Counted from the first letter of the stretch, positions 26,644 through 35,928 are shown. The stretch: 64,000 nt of DNA from an uncultured Christensenella sp. (GCA_964478025.1 CAYZGK010000001.1:151631-215630), one strand, 5' to 3'. Program-made: numbers and translations. Notes: generated by a model from the sequence alone, not told the origin.

Positions 26644-27477
26644 TTATTTGTTTTTAATTTGTTTTTCTGGTTTATTTATAAACATTAATAATCCTAAGAT
26701 TATAAAGAATATGATTGTAAATAGAGCTCTAAACTCTGTAGGTAAAGATTTCTTACCGGCTTGTTTTGCATAGATTAGAGTAGATATTGTATCAAATCCA
26801 TTAATAGTGAATTCTGTAATAACGAAATCATCAATAGATAAAGTGAACGCCATAACAAATCCTACGATAATACCTGACATTATTTCTGGAATAACAACTT
26901 TAGTTATAGCTTGCCAATAATTGCATCCTAAATCTAAAGCTGCCTCATAAATTTTGTTATCTGATTGAGTAAGTCTTGGAGATACGTTTAATATTACATA
27001 TGGAGTACAGAATGTAACGTGTGCTAAGATTACTTCAAATAATTCTAGAGAGTTTCCTGTATTAAAGATTTTACGTAAAACCTGGAATAAAAGCATCATA
27101 GACATAGCTGTTACAATTTCAGAGTTTACCATAGGAATTTGATTTACGTTGTTGTAAGCATTTTTAATTGTTTTCTTTCTAATACTATGAATGCCAATAG
27201 AGGCTGCTGTTCCTAAAATTGTAGCAATAAATGATGAACCAAATGCAATGATTAAAGTGTTTTTTAATGCATCAAAAATAGATGAGGCGTTTCTTCCTGT
27301 AAATAAATCCTTATAGTTATCTAAGGTGAATCCACTCCAGTGAGTGAATGAAATACTTCCTGTAAATGACCATAAGATCATCCAAATAATAGGTAAATAT
27401 AAAAGTACTAGTATTATACCTATGTAAACCCAAGAAATTGTTTTAGAGGTTACTGATTTAACTTTATTCTTATCCAT
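26644..27477 (-). CDS. potC: polyamine ABC transporter permease
   Basis: Six-TM BPD-type permease with an EAA-like loop (YEAALDLGCNYWQAITKVVIP). Confidence 0.8.
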   Translation of the reverse strand: MDKNKVKSVTSKTISWVYIGIILVLLYLPIIWMILWSFTGSISFTHWSGFTLDNYKDLFTGRNASSIFDALKNTLIIAFGSSFIATILGTAASIGIHSIRKKTIKNAYNNVNQIPMVNSEIVTAMSMMLLFQVLRKIFNTGNSLELFEVILAHVTFCTPYVILNVSPRLTQSDNKIYEAALDLGCNYWQAITKVVIPEIMSGIIVGFVMAFTLSIDDFVITEFTINGFDTISTLIYAKQAGKKSLPTEFRALFTIIFFIILGLLMFINKPEKQIKNK

Positions 27478-28277
27478 TACATCATACCTCCTGTGGCGGC
27501 TCCATCTTTATCGTATTTGTTAACAATAATCATAGAAATACCAATAATTACTAAAATTATTAAACTTATAGCACTAGAAATATTAAAACTAATAAATGAT
27601 TCACTATAGATATAATCACCAACCAATATATATGTGTTATTACTCATTATGTTGGCAATGGCAAATGTTGTAATTGAAGGCATAAATACCATAGTAATAC
27701 CAGAAAGTACACCAGGAAGCGATAAAGGAACTGTAACTTTTGTTAACACTTTAAATTCATTTGCTCCTAAATCCCTTGCTCCTTCATATAAGCATTTATC
27801 TATTTTTTCTACAACATTATATATAGGCATAATCATGTATGGTAGGTAGTTATAAATCATTGTGAATATAACTGCATTTTCTCCTAGCTCTATATCCATT
27901 GCTTGGAACACAGCTTTTGTAGCAAGCGTTCTAATTAAGAAATTAATCCACATAGGAAGCATGAAAAGCATTACTATAACATTCTTATGCTTTATATTTG
28001 ATTTATTTAAAATTAAAGCTACAGGATAACCTAAAACTAAACATGCAAGGGAAGTTATAATTCCAATTTTAAAGGATCTTTTTAGCATGTTTAAGTTAGT
28101 AGAACTAAATACAGCTTTAAAATTATCTAATGTAAAGCTTAAAGTTAAAGAACCATCTCTATTTGTTTTAGTAAACGAATATAGAAAAAGAATTACAAGA
28201 GGAAGTATTATAAATACTACCATAAATACGCCATAAGGGATGGATAAGTACTTTCTTGAAAAATGTCTAATTTTCAT
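27477..28277 (-). CDS. potB: polyamine ABC transporter permease
   Basis: Permease with YEGARDLGANEFKVLTKVTVP loop. Start set at ATG 28277 (AGAGG 9 nt upstream); the longer track ORF reaches 28319. Confidence 0.75.
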   Translation of the reverse strand: MKIRHFSRKYLSIPYGVFMVVFIILPLVILFLYSFTKTNRDGSLTLSFTLDNFKAVFSSTNLNMLKRSFKIGIITSLACLVLGYPVALILNKSNIKHKNVIVMLFMLPMWINFLIRTLATKAVFQAMDIELGENAVIFTMIYNYLPYMIMPIYNVVEKIDKCLYEGARDLGANEFKVLTKVTVPLSLPGVLSGITMVFMPSITTFAIANIMSNNTYILVGDYIYSESFISFNISSAISLIILVIIGISMIIVNKYDKDGAATGGMM

Positions 28278-30039
28278 CTTTAACATCCTCTGTAGTTGTC
28301 TCTTGTGTGTTATCTTCAATTATTTCAGAAATAACGTTTTCAGCATCAGATAAAACTGCTTCTTCTTCTTTCATTATTTCAGAAGAAATTTCTTTATGTT
28401 TAAAGTGATATACAATGTTAGATACTTCTTCTTCAGATAATGACATATCTAGTGTTATGAATCTAAAATCATCTTCTTTTATCTTGATTCCGATTCTATC
28501 TCCAACGTCCCAAAGATATTCAGTATCAGCAAATATATGTTTATTGTTATCTGTTCTAATATCTACATAGTAGTTTTTGCCTTTATAAATCATAGATTCA
28601 ACATTACCAGAAAGTGGCGAATCCCATTCATCATCGGTCATATCTATCTTATTGAAGTTAACCATAACATAAGCTTCCTTGCCTATGTAGTCTTCATCTA
28701 TAGATTTTTCTTTAAACATGCTATCTTTGTTAAATGTATATATATCTCCATATAAATCAAGAGTATTTTCAGTTTTAAAAGTAACTGGAAGAATGTTTGT
28801 GTATCTTTCTTTTTCCATTATTTGAATATCAAAAGGATCTACGCTTAAACTTACCTCAGAGCCTACCTTGTATTCTTGGGTATTATGAATTAAGAACTCA
28901 TAACCATTTGCAATACATGAAGCCTCATAATGAACGCCTCTAAACATAGAAGATTTTATAATACCATTTATAAAGCCCTTATCAGGTTCTCCAACCTTCA
29001 AATCTTCTGGTCTAATAACTATTTCAATAGGTTCATTTTTATCAAATCCTGTGTCTACACATTTAACATCTTCGCCGCAGAAGTGAACTAATTTGTCTTT
29101 AAGCATAACACCATCAAATATGTTAGCCTCACCAATAAAGTCAGCAACATATGCAGATTCTGGTTCATTGTATATAGACATAGGTGAACCTTTTTGCATA
29201 ATAACACCATCTCTCATAACAATTATTGTATCTGACATAGTTAAAGCTTCTTCTTGGTCGTGAGTTACATATATAAATGTAATACCTAATTTTTTATGCA
29301 TTTCCTTAAGTTCAAGTTGCATCTCTTGTCTCATTTTTAAATCAAGAGCGCCTAAAGGTTCATCAAGTAGTAGAATCTTAGGTTCATTTATAATAGCTCT
29401 TGCTATAGCAACTCTTTGTTGTTGACCACCAGATAGAGAGTTAACATTTCTTGTTTCATAATCTGAAAGGCCTACAATCTTTAAAGCTTTTTTAACTTTT
29501 TCATCAATAAACTCCTTATAAAGATTAACCTTTTTTAATACAGGAGTTCCTTTTCTTGTTTGAATTAATTTATAATCATAAGAATTTTTAAATTTAACCT
29601 TTTTTGTTAAACCAGTAGCAACGTGGTTACTATCAAAAATCTTTTGATCAACAAGTTTGTCTTTTAACTTTATCTCTTTTGTGTAAGTAGAGCCATCTTT
29701 TGCAGTGAACTCTTCTTCTATTTTCTTTAGCTTTAATCCAAAAGCAACATTCTTATAAACATTAAGATGAGGAAATAGTGCATATTTTTGGAAAACAGTA
29801 TTAACTGGTCTTTTATATGGAGGAAGAGCAGCAATGTCTTTTCCATCTAAAAGAATTTGACCTTGAGTAGGTTGTTCAAATCCTGCAATCATTCTAAGAG
29901 TTGTTGTTTTTCCGCAACCTGATGGACCTAAGATGGTAACAAACTCACCCTTCTTTATATCAAGGTTAATGTTTTTTACAACTGTCTTTGTTCCATAATT
30001 TTTATATAAACCCTTTAATTGAATAATATAATCGCTCAT
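28267..30039 (-). CDS. potA: polyamine ABC transporter ATPase with a ~65-80-aa insertion in the ABC domain and an extra C-terminal module
   Basis: GPSGCGKTT, LSGGQQQRVAIARA, ILLLDEP, THDQEEA. Insertion lies between FGLKLKK and ALKIVGLS. 590 aa. Confidence 0.85.
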   Translation of the reverse strand: MSDYIIQLKGLYKNYGTKTVVKNINLDIKKGEFVTILGPSGCGKTTTLRMIAGFEQPTQGQILLDGKDIAALPPYKRPVNTVFQKYALFPHLNVYKNVAFGLKLKKIEEEFTAKDGSTYTKEIKLKDKLVDQKIFDSNHVATGLTKKVKFKNSYDYKLIQTRKGTPVLKKVNLYKEFIDEKVKKALKIVGLSDYETRNVNSLSGGQQQRVAIARAIINEPKILLLDEPLGALDLKMRQEMQLELKEMHKKLGITFIYVTHDQEEALTMSDTIIVMRDGVIMQKGSPMSIYNEPESAYVADFIGEANIFDGVMLKDKLVHFCGEDVKCVDTGFDKNEPIEIVIRPEDLKVGEPDKGFINGIIKSSMFRGVHYEASCIANGYEFLIHNTQEYKVGSEVSLSVDPFDIQIMEKERYTNILPVTFKTENTLDLYGDIYTFNKDSMFKEKSIDEDYIGKEAYVMVNFNKIDMTDDEWDSPLSGNVESMIYKGKNYYVDIRTDNNKHIFADTEYLWDVGDRIGIKIKEDDFRFITLDMSLSEEEVSNIVYHFKHKEISSEIMKEEEAVLSDAENVISEIIEDNTQETTTEDVKDEN

Positions 30040-30054
30040 TATGACTCTCCTTTA

Positions 30055-30588
30055 TTAAAATGTTGGAGGGCTAGAAACCCAAATCACTTTAGCAATGTTT
30101 TCTGAAGTATTTTCTAAATAGTGAACTTTAGAAGCTTCATAATAAAAAGACATTCCTTTTGAAACCATAATAGATTTCTTGCCAATATGAAGTAAAACTT
30201 GTCCTTCAAGAACATAACCAAACTCCTCACCCTCATGAGGTCTATCCTCATCTAATTTGCAATGAGAGTTAATTGAAACAATAATTGGTTCCATTTCATT
30301 TTTTTGAGCATTTGGAACTAACCAAGTTTGAGTATATTCATCTGTTTCTTTTACAATAAAATCATCATTATTAAAAACAGTTTTTTGATTATCTGCATCT
30401 GAGAAAAATTCTTTTAAATCTGTGCCAAGTGCATTTAACAAGTCCACAAGTGTTGCTATAGAAGGAGATGTTAGATCATTTTCTAGTTGAGAAATGTAGC
30501 CCTTTGTTAACTCGCATCTATCTGCAAGTTCTTCTTGTGTAAAGCCACATTGTAATCTTAAAGATTTTATTTTTGCTCCTAATTCCAT
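30055..30588 (-). CDS. XRE-HTH + cupin transcriptional regulator (PuuR-like), first gene of the pot operon
   Basis: GGAG then ATG 30588. IKSLRLQCGFTQEELADRCELTKGYISQLEN HTH. C-terminal cupin (HEGEEFGYVLEG...). Confidence 0.8.
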   Translation of the reverse strand: MELGAKIKSLRLQCGFTQEELADRCELTKGYISQLENDLTSPSIATLVDLLNALGTDLKEFFSDADNQKTVFNNDDFIVKETDEYTQTWLVPNAQKNEMEPIIVSINSHCKLDEDRPHEGEEFGYVLEGQVLLHIGKKSIMVSKGMSFYYEASKVHYLENTSENIAKVIWVSSPPTF

Positions 30589-30655
30589 AAAAACTCCAAA
30601 CAAGATTTTATTGTTTAGTATTATTAAACTTAAAAAATAGTCAGTAAATTTTGTC

Positions 30656-30670
30656 TAAACTTTAAGTTTA
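30656..30670. promoter_or_regulatory. perfect 7-1-7 palindrome TAAACTT-T-AAGTTTA upstream of the regulator/pot operon (candidate operator)
   Basis: Read directly. A related half-site TTAAACTTAA occurs at about 30624. Confidence 0.4.
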
Positions 30671-30750
30671 AAATTATTAAACGAAAAAATTATATAAAAC
30701 TATATATATTAAGTCAAACAATATTGATATATTTTATGTGAAAAAATTGT

Positions 30751-30786
30751 AAAAAAATAGTCGCCAACTTTTCGAGTTGACGACTA
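30751..30786 (-). terminator. rho-independent terminator of fba
   Basis: Minus strand: TAGTCGTCAACT cgaaa AGTTGGCGACTA TTTTTTT. Confidence 0.8.
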
Positions 30787-30803
30787 AGATATTTTTCTTT
30801 AAA

Positions 30804-31811
30804 TTATTTGTTCATTTTGTTGTAGCAATCTAAGATTTCATCAGCTTTTCCAGCACAACCTAAAACTTCTGTTAACTTATGTTTAACAACAGTCTTAATA
30901 TTTGTTCTAGCATCAGCTAAATATTGTCTTGGATCGAAATGTTCTGGATGCTCAACAAAGTGTTTTCTAATACCAGCTGTGCAACCTAATCTTAAGTCAG
31001 AGTCGATATTAATCTTACATACAGACATTCCTGCTGCTTTTCTTAATTGAGCTTCTGGAATACCAACAGCATCTGGCATCTTTCCACCATTTTCATTAAT
31101 AATCTTTACGAATTCTTGTGGAACTGAAGAAGATCCATGTAAAACGATAGGGAAGTTAGGTAACTTTTCAGATACAGCTTCAAGTACGTCGAATCTTAGT
31201 GGAGGTGGAACTAATACACCATTCTCATCTCTTGTACATTGTTCTGGTTTAAACTTGTAAGCACCATGAGATGTACCAATAGCGATAGCTAATGAGTCAA
31301 CTCCTGTTCTTGTTACGAAATCAATAACTTGTTCTGGCTTTGTATAAGTAGAAACTTCATGAGAAACTTCATCTTCAACACCAGCTAGTGTTCCAAGTTC
31401 TCCCTCAACTGTAATATATGGGTGATTTGTTGTATCATGTGCATAATCTACAACTTTCTTTGTTAATGCAATATTTTCTTCGTATGGAAGCGCAGAACCA
31501 TCAATCATAACTGATGTGAATCCACCATCGATACAAGACTTACATAATTCGAAAGAATCACCATGGTCTAAGTGTAGACAAATAGGTAAACCTGAAACTT
31601 CTACTGCAGCTTCAACCATCTTTCTTAAGTATACAGGATTTGCATAATTTCTAGCACCCTTAGATACTTGAAGGATTAGAGGAGCTTTTTCTTCCATAGC
31701 AGCTTCAACAATACCTTGAATAATTTCCATGTTGTTTACGTTGAAAGCACCAATAGCATAACCATGCTTATATGCTTGATCAAACATTGCTTTTGTGTTC
31801 ATTAATGGCAT
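30804..31811 (-). CDS. fba: class II fructose-1,6-bisphosphate aldolase
   Basis: GGAGG 8 nt upstream of ATG 31811. GAFNVNNMEI, LHLDHG, HGSS motifs. Confidence 0.9.
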   Translation of the reverse strand: MPLMNTKAMFDQAYKHGYAIGAFNVNNMEIIQGIVEAAMEEKAPLILQVSKGARNYANPVYLRKMVEAAVEVSGLPICLHLDHGDSFELCKSCIDGGFTSVMIDGSALPYEENIALTKKVVDYAHDTTNHPYITVEGELGTLAGVEDEVSHEVSTYTKPEQVIDFVTRTGVDSLAIAIGTSHGAYKFKPEQCTRDENGVLVPPPLRFDVLEAVSEKLPNFPIVLHGSSSVPQEFVKIINENGGKMPDAVGIPEAQLRKAAGMSVCKINIDSDLRLGCTAGIRKHFVEHPEHFDPRQYLADARTNIKTVVKHKLTEVLGCAGKADEILDCYNKMNK

Positions 31812-31988
31812 AACCATTACCTCCTAAATTTAATTTCCATTGAAAATATTACCATATTTTATTTTTTTATACAATAAAAATATAAGAATCTATTTTTAGT
31901 TATTTGAAAAAGTAAATTCACTCAAATAAAGAAAGTAAATACTATTACCATTGTTTATGATGACTTAAACGATAAATACTACTATGGT

Positions 31989-32294
31989 ATGAATAAAGGC
32001 ATAAAATTGCATGAAAGTCCTAAAAATGCTATATTGTTTGGTGATGAAACACATGATGGTATTTTGCCAAAAGTTAGTTTAAATGATTATCCATTGGGAA
32101 ATTGTGCAGAGATAGATGCGATAAATAATGCATTAAATGATGGTGCAAAGTTAGAAAATCTTCACGTGACAACATTAGATGTAAATCGAAGAAATATTCG
32201 CATGCATAAAATTGTAGGCAAAAAAGCTTGTGAAAATTGTACAGCCACATTTAAAGGCAAAATAAAAGAAAATAATACTGGATGGGAGGAATAA
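31989..32294 (+). CDS. orphan nucleic-acid deaminase-fold toxin domain (YwqJ-like), N-terminally truncated; possibly a pseudogene
   Basis: Zinc motifs C-A-E (GNCAEIDAIN) and C-x-x-C (ACENC). The frame is open upstream only to 31908 (KVNTITIVYDDLNDKYYYG) with no start or RBS and no trafficking domain. Confidence 0.55.
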   Translation: MNKGIKLHESPKNAILFGDETHDGILPKVSLNDYPLGNCAEIDAINNALNDGAKLENLHVTTLDVNRRNIRMHKIVGKKACENCTATFKGKIKENNTGWEE

Positions 32295-32299
32295 ATATT

Positions 32300-32827
32300 A
32301 TGAATAAAAAAGATTTTAAAAATATATCTATGATAGGAAGACTTGCTTACCAATTAATGTGTGCAGAAAGATACTTTACTCATAAATATCCAAATGAAGA
32401 TTTCTCAGAATTATTTAAACTTCTATGGCCTGTTACAAATGGAATGTATTTTGATACGTTTTCTGGTTATATTGTTGAAATAGAACCATCATGTATGTTT
32501 GAATTCGACTCTTATGAAAAACAAGAATGGATGTATTTAACAAAAGAGCAATATGATACATTTAAACCATTAATTCAAAAATTTGATCAAGAAGACGAAG
32601 ATTTTATGGAAACATTAAAAGATCAAATAGATGTTTATGCGTATAGCGTTGTTCCAAAAGACACTAGTGAGTCTATTGATATTGTTTTTGATACAATAAA
32701 ATTTTTAAAAAGACATAAAATTCCCCTTCCTGATATAAAATTAGTTGAGTTTTCAACAATTGATCAATTTGATGGGTGGGGCGATAATTTTGATGGGACA
32801 AAACTCTCTATAATATTGAATAAGTAG
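32300..32827 (+). CDS. putative cognate immunity protein (family not recognised)
   Basis: GGGAGG 7 nt upstream of ATG 32300, overlapping the toxin stop. Acidic, cytoplasmic, 175 aa. The call rests on position immediately after a toxin domain. Confidence 0.45.
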   Translation: MNKKDFKNISMIGRLAYQLMCAERYFTHKYPNEDFSELFKLLWPVTNGMYFDTFSGYIVEIEPSCMFEFDSYEKQEWMYLTKEQYDTFKPLIQKFDQEDEDFMETLKDQIDVYAYSVVPKDTSESIDIVFDTIKFLKRHKIPLPDIKLVEFSTIDQFDGWGDNFDGTKLSIILNK

Positions 32828-32935
32828 ATGTTTAAAAAATAAAATTAAAATGATGTGCACCTAAAAATTTGAAAAAAGTAAAACGATTTTTTTTGTGCAC
32901 ATTAAACTGGAATTTACTTTTTCAATTGACCAAAT

Positions 32936-33529
32936 CTATTTTTTTAATTGAGAAAGTAGTATCAATATTATTTGAAGTGGAATTCCAATTAAGAATATAA
33001 TCCATGTTTCATATTGGATAGTAATTACATAAATAAGTGCTATTGTAGACCAAATAAATAAAGAAGCTGGATAAATCTCGTACTTTTTCTTTCCCCATTT
33101 TTTGTTAAAGAAAAGCAAAACTAAACAAGTAATAGGAACTGCTGCTAAAAATGCTTGCCATAAGAAAATTGGTTGGTCTTCATATAAAAGGTATACACCA
33201 TAGAAAAATACAACTAGTGCCGCAAGCCAAACAGCAACACAGTATGAAGATACGATTATTATTCTATTTTTTCTTATATCTTTTTGAGATAATTGTTCTT
33301 TTTCTTCCTTTATCTTTATTCCATTTTCGTTTGTAAGCTCATCTAAAGTTACATTATATAAACTTGCTATCTTTTTTAGCGTGGAAATTTCTGGTATAGA
33401 TTCGCCTCTTTCCCATTTAGATATTGCTTTATCTGTGTAATTTAACTGTTTTGCTAGGTCTGACTGGGTAAGGTTGTTTATCTTTCTAAGTTCTAAAATA
33501 TTCTTGGCAATAATTTCTCTAAGTTCCAT
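32936..33529 (-). CDS. membrane-bound XRE-family HTH regulator (HTH + 4 TM)
   Basis: ILELRKINNLTQSDLAKQLNYTDKAISKWERGESIP followed by four hydrophobic helices. Confidence 0.75.
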   Translation of the reverse strand: MELREIIAKNILELRKINNLTQSDLAKQLNYTDKAISKWERGESIPEISTLKKIASLYNVTLDELTNENGIKIKEEKEQLSQKDIRKNRIIIVSSYCVAVWLAALVVFFYGVYLLYEDQPIFLWQAFLAAVPITCLVLLFFNKKWGKKKYEIYPASLFIWSTIALIYVITIQYETWIIFLIGIPLQIILILLSQLKK

Positions 33530-33634
33530 AATATCCTTTTTACGTTTATCGATAATTGCTAGTATTTTCGGTTGTGGTAAACTGCCGGTTTACTTTATTA
33601 AACTACCTTTCTACACATATTATATGCCTTTTTG

Positions 33635-33663
33635 TTGAATAACTTCAAGCCTAAGTCTATAAT
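33635..33663 (+). promoter_or_regulatory. sigma-70-type promoter TTGAAT-N17-TATAAT
   Basis: TTGAAT 33635-33640, TATAAT 33658-33663, then a 30-nt leader with GGAGGG RBS. Confidence 0.6.
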
Positions 33664-33693
33664 GCAGGTTGAAAAAACTCGGAGGGCTTTTAA

Positions 33694-34563
33694 ATGGATT
33701 TATTAAAACATAGTAGAGAAGGACAAGCAAAACTAGAAAAACAAGGCAAATTTGATGTTGCTATTACTCCTTATAGTGATGATGATACAATTCCAGTTGA
33801 TGAAAATTATAGATACTTAACGAAAAATCCTGGATTTTTAATCTCTAGAGGTATTGTAAGAGCGCTATTATTCTTACTTGGTCCACTTGTTACTAAACTA
33901 GTGTTTAATACAAAATACTATGGTCGTGAAAAATTAAAACCATTAAAGGGAAAAGGATTTTTCACAATATCTAATCACTGTTCATTCCTTGATATAGTTT
34001 TAAATATTAGAGCAGTTAATCATAAATCTGTTTATATGACAGTTGCAGAATTTAATAATAAGAAAGGATTCGCAGGAGCTGTTTTAAGAACAGGCGGTAT
34101 TCTTCCTCTTGCTACTAAACCATCTGCTGTTAAAAATATGAAAAATGCTTTCCATACTTTAATTGAGAAAAAGAAAGTAGTTCATTTCTATGCAGAAGCT
34201 GCAATGTGGTTGCATTACAAAAAACCTCGTCCAATGAAGAGAGGTGCTTTCTATTATGCCGTACAAGAGAATTCTCCTGTGGTTCCAATATTTATTAGAT
34301 GGACAGAATCTAAAGGCTTAAGAAAGTTATTTGGAATAAAAGAAGATGCTTCTATTATTATTCTTGATCCAATCTATCCTAAAGAGGGTCTATCTTTAAA
34401 AGAAAATACAATTTATATGCAACAACAAGCTCAAAGAGAGTATACTGAAAACTATAGAGAATTTTTCGGTGTTTCTAAAGAAGAAAAACCATGTATTTAT
34501 GATATAGATCCAGAATATATGGACAGTCTTGATGAAGAAACAAAATACGCTGCTTCTCTATAA
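33694..34563 (+). CDS. lysophospholipid/1-acyl-glycerol-3-phosphate acyltransferase family protein
   Basis: HX4D motif (SNHCSFLD) and a hydrophobic N-terminal segment. Confidence 0.7.
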   Translation: MDLLKHSREGQAKLEKQGKFDVAITPYSDDDTIPVDENYRYLTKNPGFLISRGIVRALLFLLGPLVTKLVFNTKYYGREKLKPLKGKGFFTISNHCSFLDIVLNIRAVNHKSVYMTVAEFNNKKGFAGAVLRTGGILPLATKPSAVKNMKNAFHTLIEKKKVVHFYAEAAMWLHYKKPRPMKRGAFYYAVQENSPVVPIFIRWTESKGLRKLFGIKEDASIIILDPIYPKEGLSLKENTIYMQQQAQREYTENYREFFGVSKEEKPCIYDIDPEYMDSLDEETKYAASL

Positions 34564-34571
34564 GGAGAAAT

Positions 34572-35690
34572 ATGTTAGTAGATCCAAGAGTTGAAAAGTT
34601 AGCACATAACTTGGTTAATTATTCTTGCAGAGTTCAAAAAGGCGAGAATGTTTTTATAGAAGCTACAGGTGTAGACTATCAAATTGTTAATTGCATTGTA
34701 AGAGAAGTAAATAAACTTGGTGCATTTCCATATGTTTCATATAAAGATTCTAGAATAGAAAGAGAAATCTTAATGGGAATGAGCGATGAACTTGCAAAAA
34801 GAATGGCAGATTTTGACGATTATAAAATGAAAAAAATGCAAGCATACATCGGAATAAGAGGTGGAGAAAATGCTTATGAAAAAAGCGATGTTCCACAACA
34901 AAAAATGAAAATTTATTCCTCATTATATGCAACGCCAGTGCATCTTGAGACAAGAGTTAAAAAGACTAAATGGGTTATTTTAAGATATCCTACACAAGGG
35001 ATGAGTTCGCAATCTTCAATGTCAACAGAAGCTTTTGAAGATTATTTCTTTGAAGTATGTAATCTAGATTATTCTAAAATGAGTAAGGCTATGGACTCGC
35101 TTGTTAGTTTAATGAATAAGACAGATAAGGTTAGAATAGTAGCACCAAATACTGATTTAACATTCTCTATTAAAGGAATAGGTGCTGTAAAGTGTGCTGG
35201 TGAGTGTAATATCCCGGATGGTGAAGTTTATACAGCTCCAGTTAAGAATAGCGTTAATGGAAGAATTTCATATAATGTTCCAAGTACTGAAAATGGAATT
35301 AAATTTGAAAATGTATCGCTTCTTTTTAAAGATGGAAAAATTATAGAGGCTACATCTAATCATAATAAAGAAATTAATGAGATTTTTGATACTGATGATG
35401 GCGCACGTTTTGTGGGTGAATTTGCCATAGGGGTAAATCCTTATGTAACAAAGCCTATGGACGATATTTTGTTTGATGAAAAAATCTCTGGTTCTATTCA
35501 CTTTACTCCAGGAGACTGCTACGAAGATGCATACAATGGGAATCAATCATCTGTGCATTGGGATCTGGTACTTGTTCAAACAAAAGAATGGGGCGGTGGA
35601 GAAATATACTTTGATGATGTGCTTATAAGAAAAGATGGTATTTTTGTTTTGGATGAATTAAAGTGTTTAAATCCTGAAAATCTAAAATAA
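34572..35690 (+). CDS. M29-family aminopeptidase (AmpS/PepS-like)
   Basis: N-terminus DPRVEKLAHNLVNYSCRVQKGENV, PDGEVYTAP, HWDLV motifs. Confidence 0.8.
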   Translation: MLVDPRVEKLAHNLVNYSCRVQKGENVFIEATGVDYQIVNCIVREVNKLGAFPYVSYKDSRIEREILMGMSDELAKRMADFDDYKMKKMQAYIGIRGGENAYEKSDVPQQKMKIYSSLYATPVHLETRVKKTKWVILRYPTQGMSSQSSMSTEAFEDYFFEVCNLDYSKMSKAMDSLVSLMNKTDKVRIVAPNTDLTFSIKGIGAVKCAGECNIPDGEVYTAPVKNSVNGRISYNVPSTENGIKFENVSLLFKDGKIIEATSNHNKEINEIFDTDDGARFVGEFAIGVNPYVTKPMDDILFDEKISGSIHFTPGDCYEDAYNGNQSSVHWDLVLVQTKEWGGGEIYFDDVLIRKDGIFVLDELKCLNPENLK

Positions 35691-35715
35691 GAAAATTTTT
35701 ACGAATATAAAAAAA

Positions 35716-35752
35716 ATAGTAGCGCATAAAGATTTGTTCTACTATTTTTTTT
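35716..35752 (+). terminator. rho-independent terminator
   Basis: ATAGTAG - 16-nt loop - CTACTAT followed by TTTTTTT. Confidence 0.6.
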
Positions 35753-35843
35753 AGCGATAGATTTTCGCGGGGACGAATAAAATCTATCTTGTATTATGTA
35801 TTATGTGTTATGTCAACTTAAAGTTTATAAAAGTTATCTTAAC

Positions 35844-35871
35844 TTGACTTTATTATATTAAAATGTAATAC
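35844..35871 (+). promoter_or_regulatory. promoter TTGACT-N16-TAATAC (TG-extended) for the HTH-acyltransferase gene
   Basis: Read directly. Confidence 0.45.
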
Positions 35872-35891
35872 TTTTTGTAAATGGAGTCGAA

Positions 35892-35928
35892 TTCTACTAG
35901 AAATTTTGGACATTCTACTTGAAGTAGA
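35892..35928. promoter_or_regulatory. two candidate operators sharing TTCTACT: TTCTACTAGAA (35892) and the perfect palindrome TCTACTT-G-AAGTAGA (35914-35928)
   Basis: Read directly. 21-bp register. Located between the -10 and the RBS. Confidence 0.45.

Noticed and set aside
32854-32901. GTGCAC...GTGCAC with internal A-run/T-run between the immunity-like gene and the convergent XRE gene, considered as a bidirectional terminator.
   Set aside because: The stem is only 7 bp with a 34-nt poorly paired interior. It does not meet the usual hairpin-plus-U-tract pattern, so it is left unannotated.
32917-32930. Shared 14-mer CTTTTTCAATTGAC at 32917-32930 and 38258-38271.
   Set aside because: There are only two copies. 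The sequence is AT-rich with a -35-like TTGAC core, and the flanks are unrelated. Most likely chance or generic promoter-like sequence.
35790-35812. 7-bp tandem repeat TGTATTA TGTATTA TGTGTTA in the intergenic region, and the nearby 10-bp-stem hairpin GATAGATTTT-N13-AAAATCTATC (35756-35788).
   Set aside because: The microsatellite is short and AT-rich with no obvious function. The hairpin may be a second, weak terminator element. Neither could be tied to a feature.
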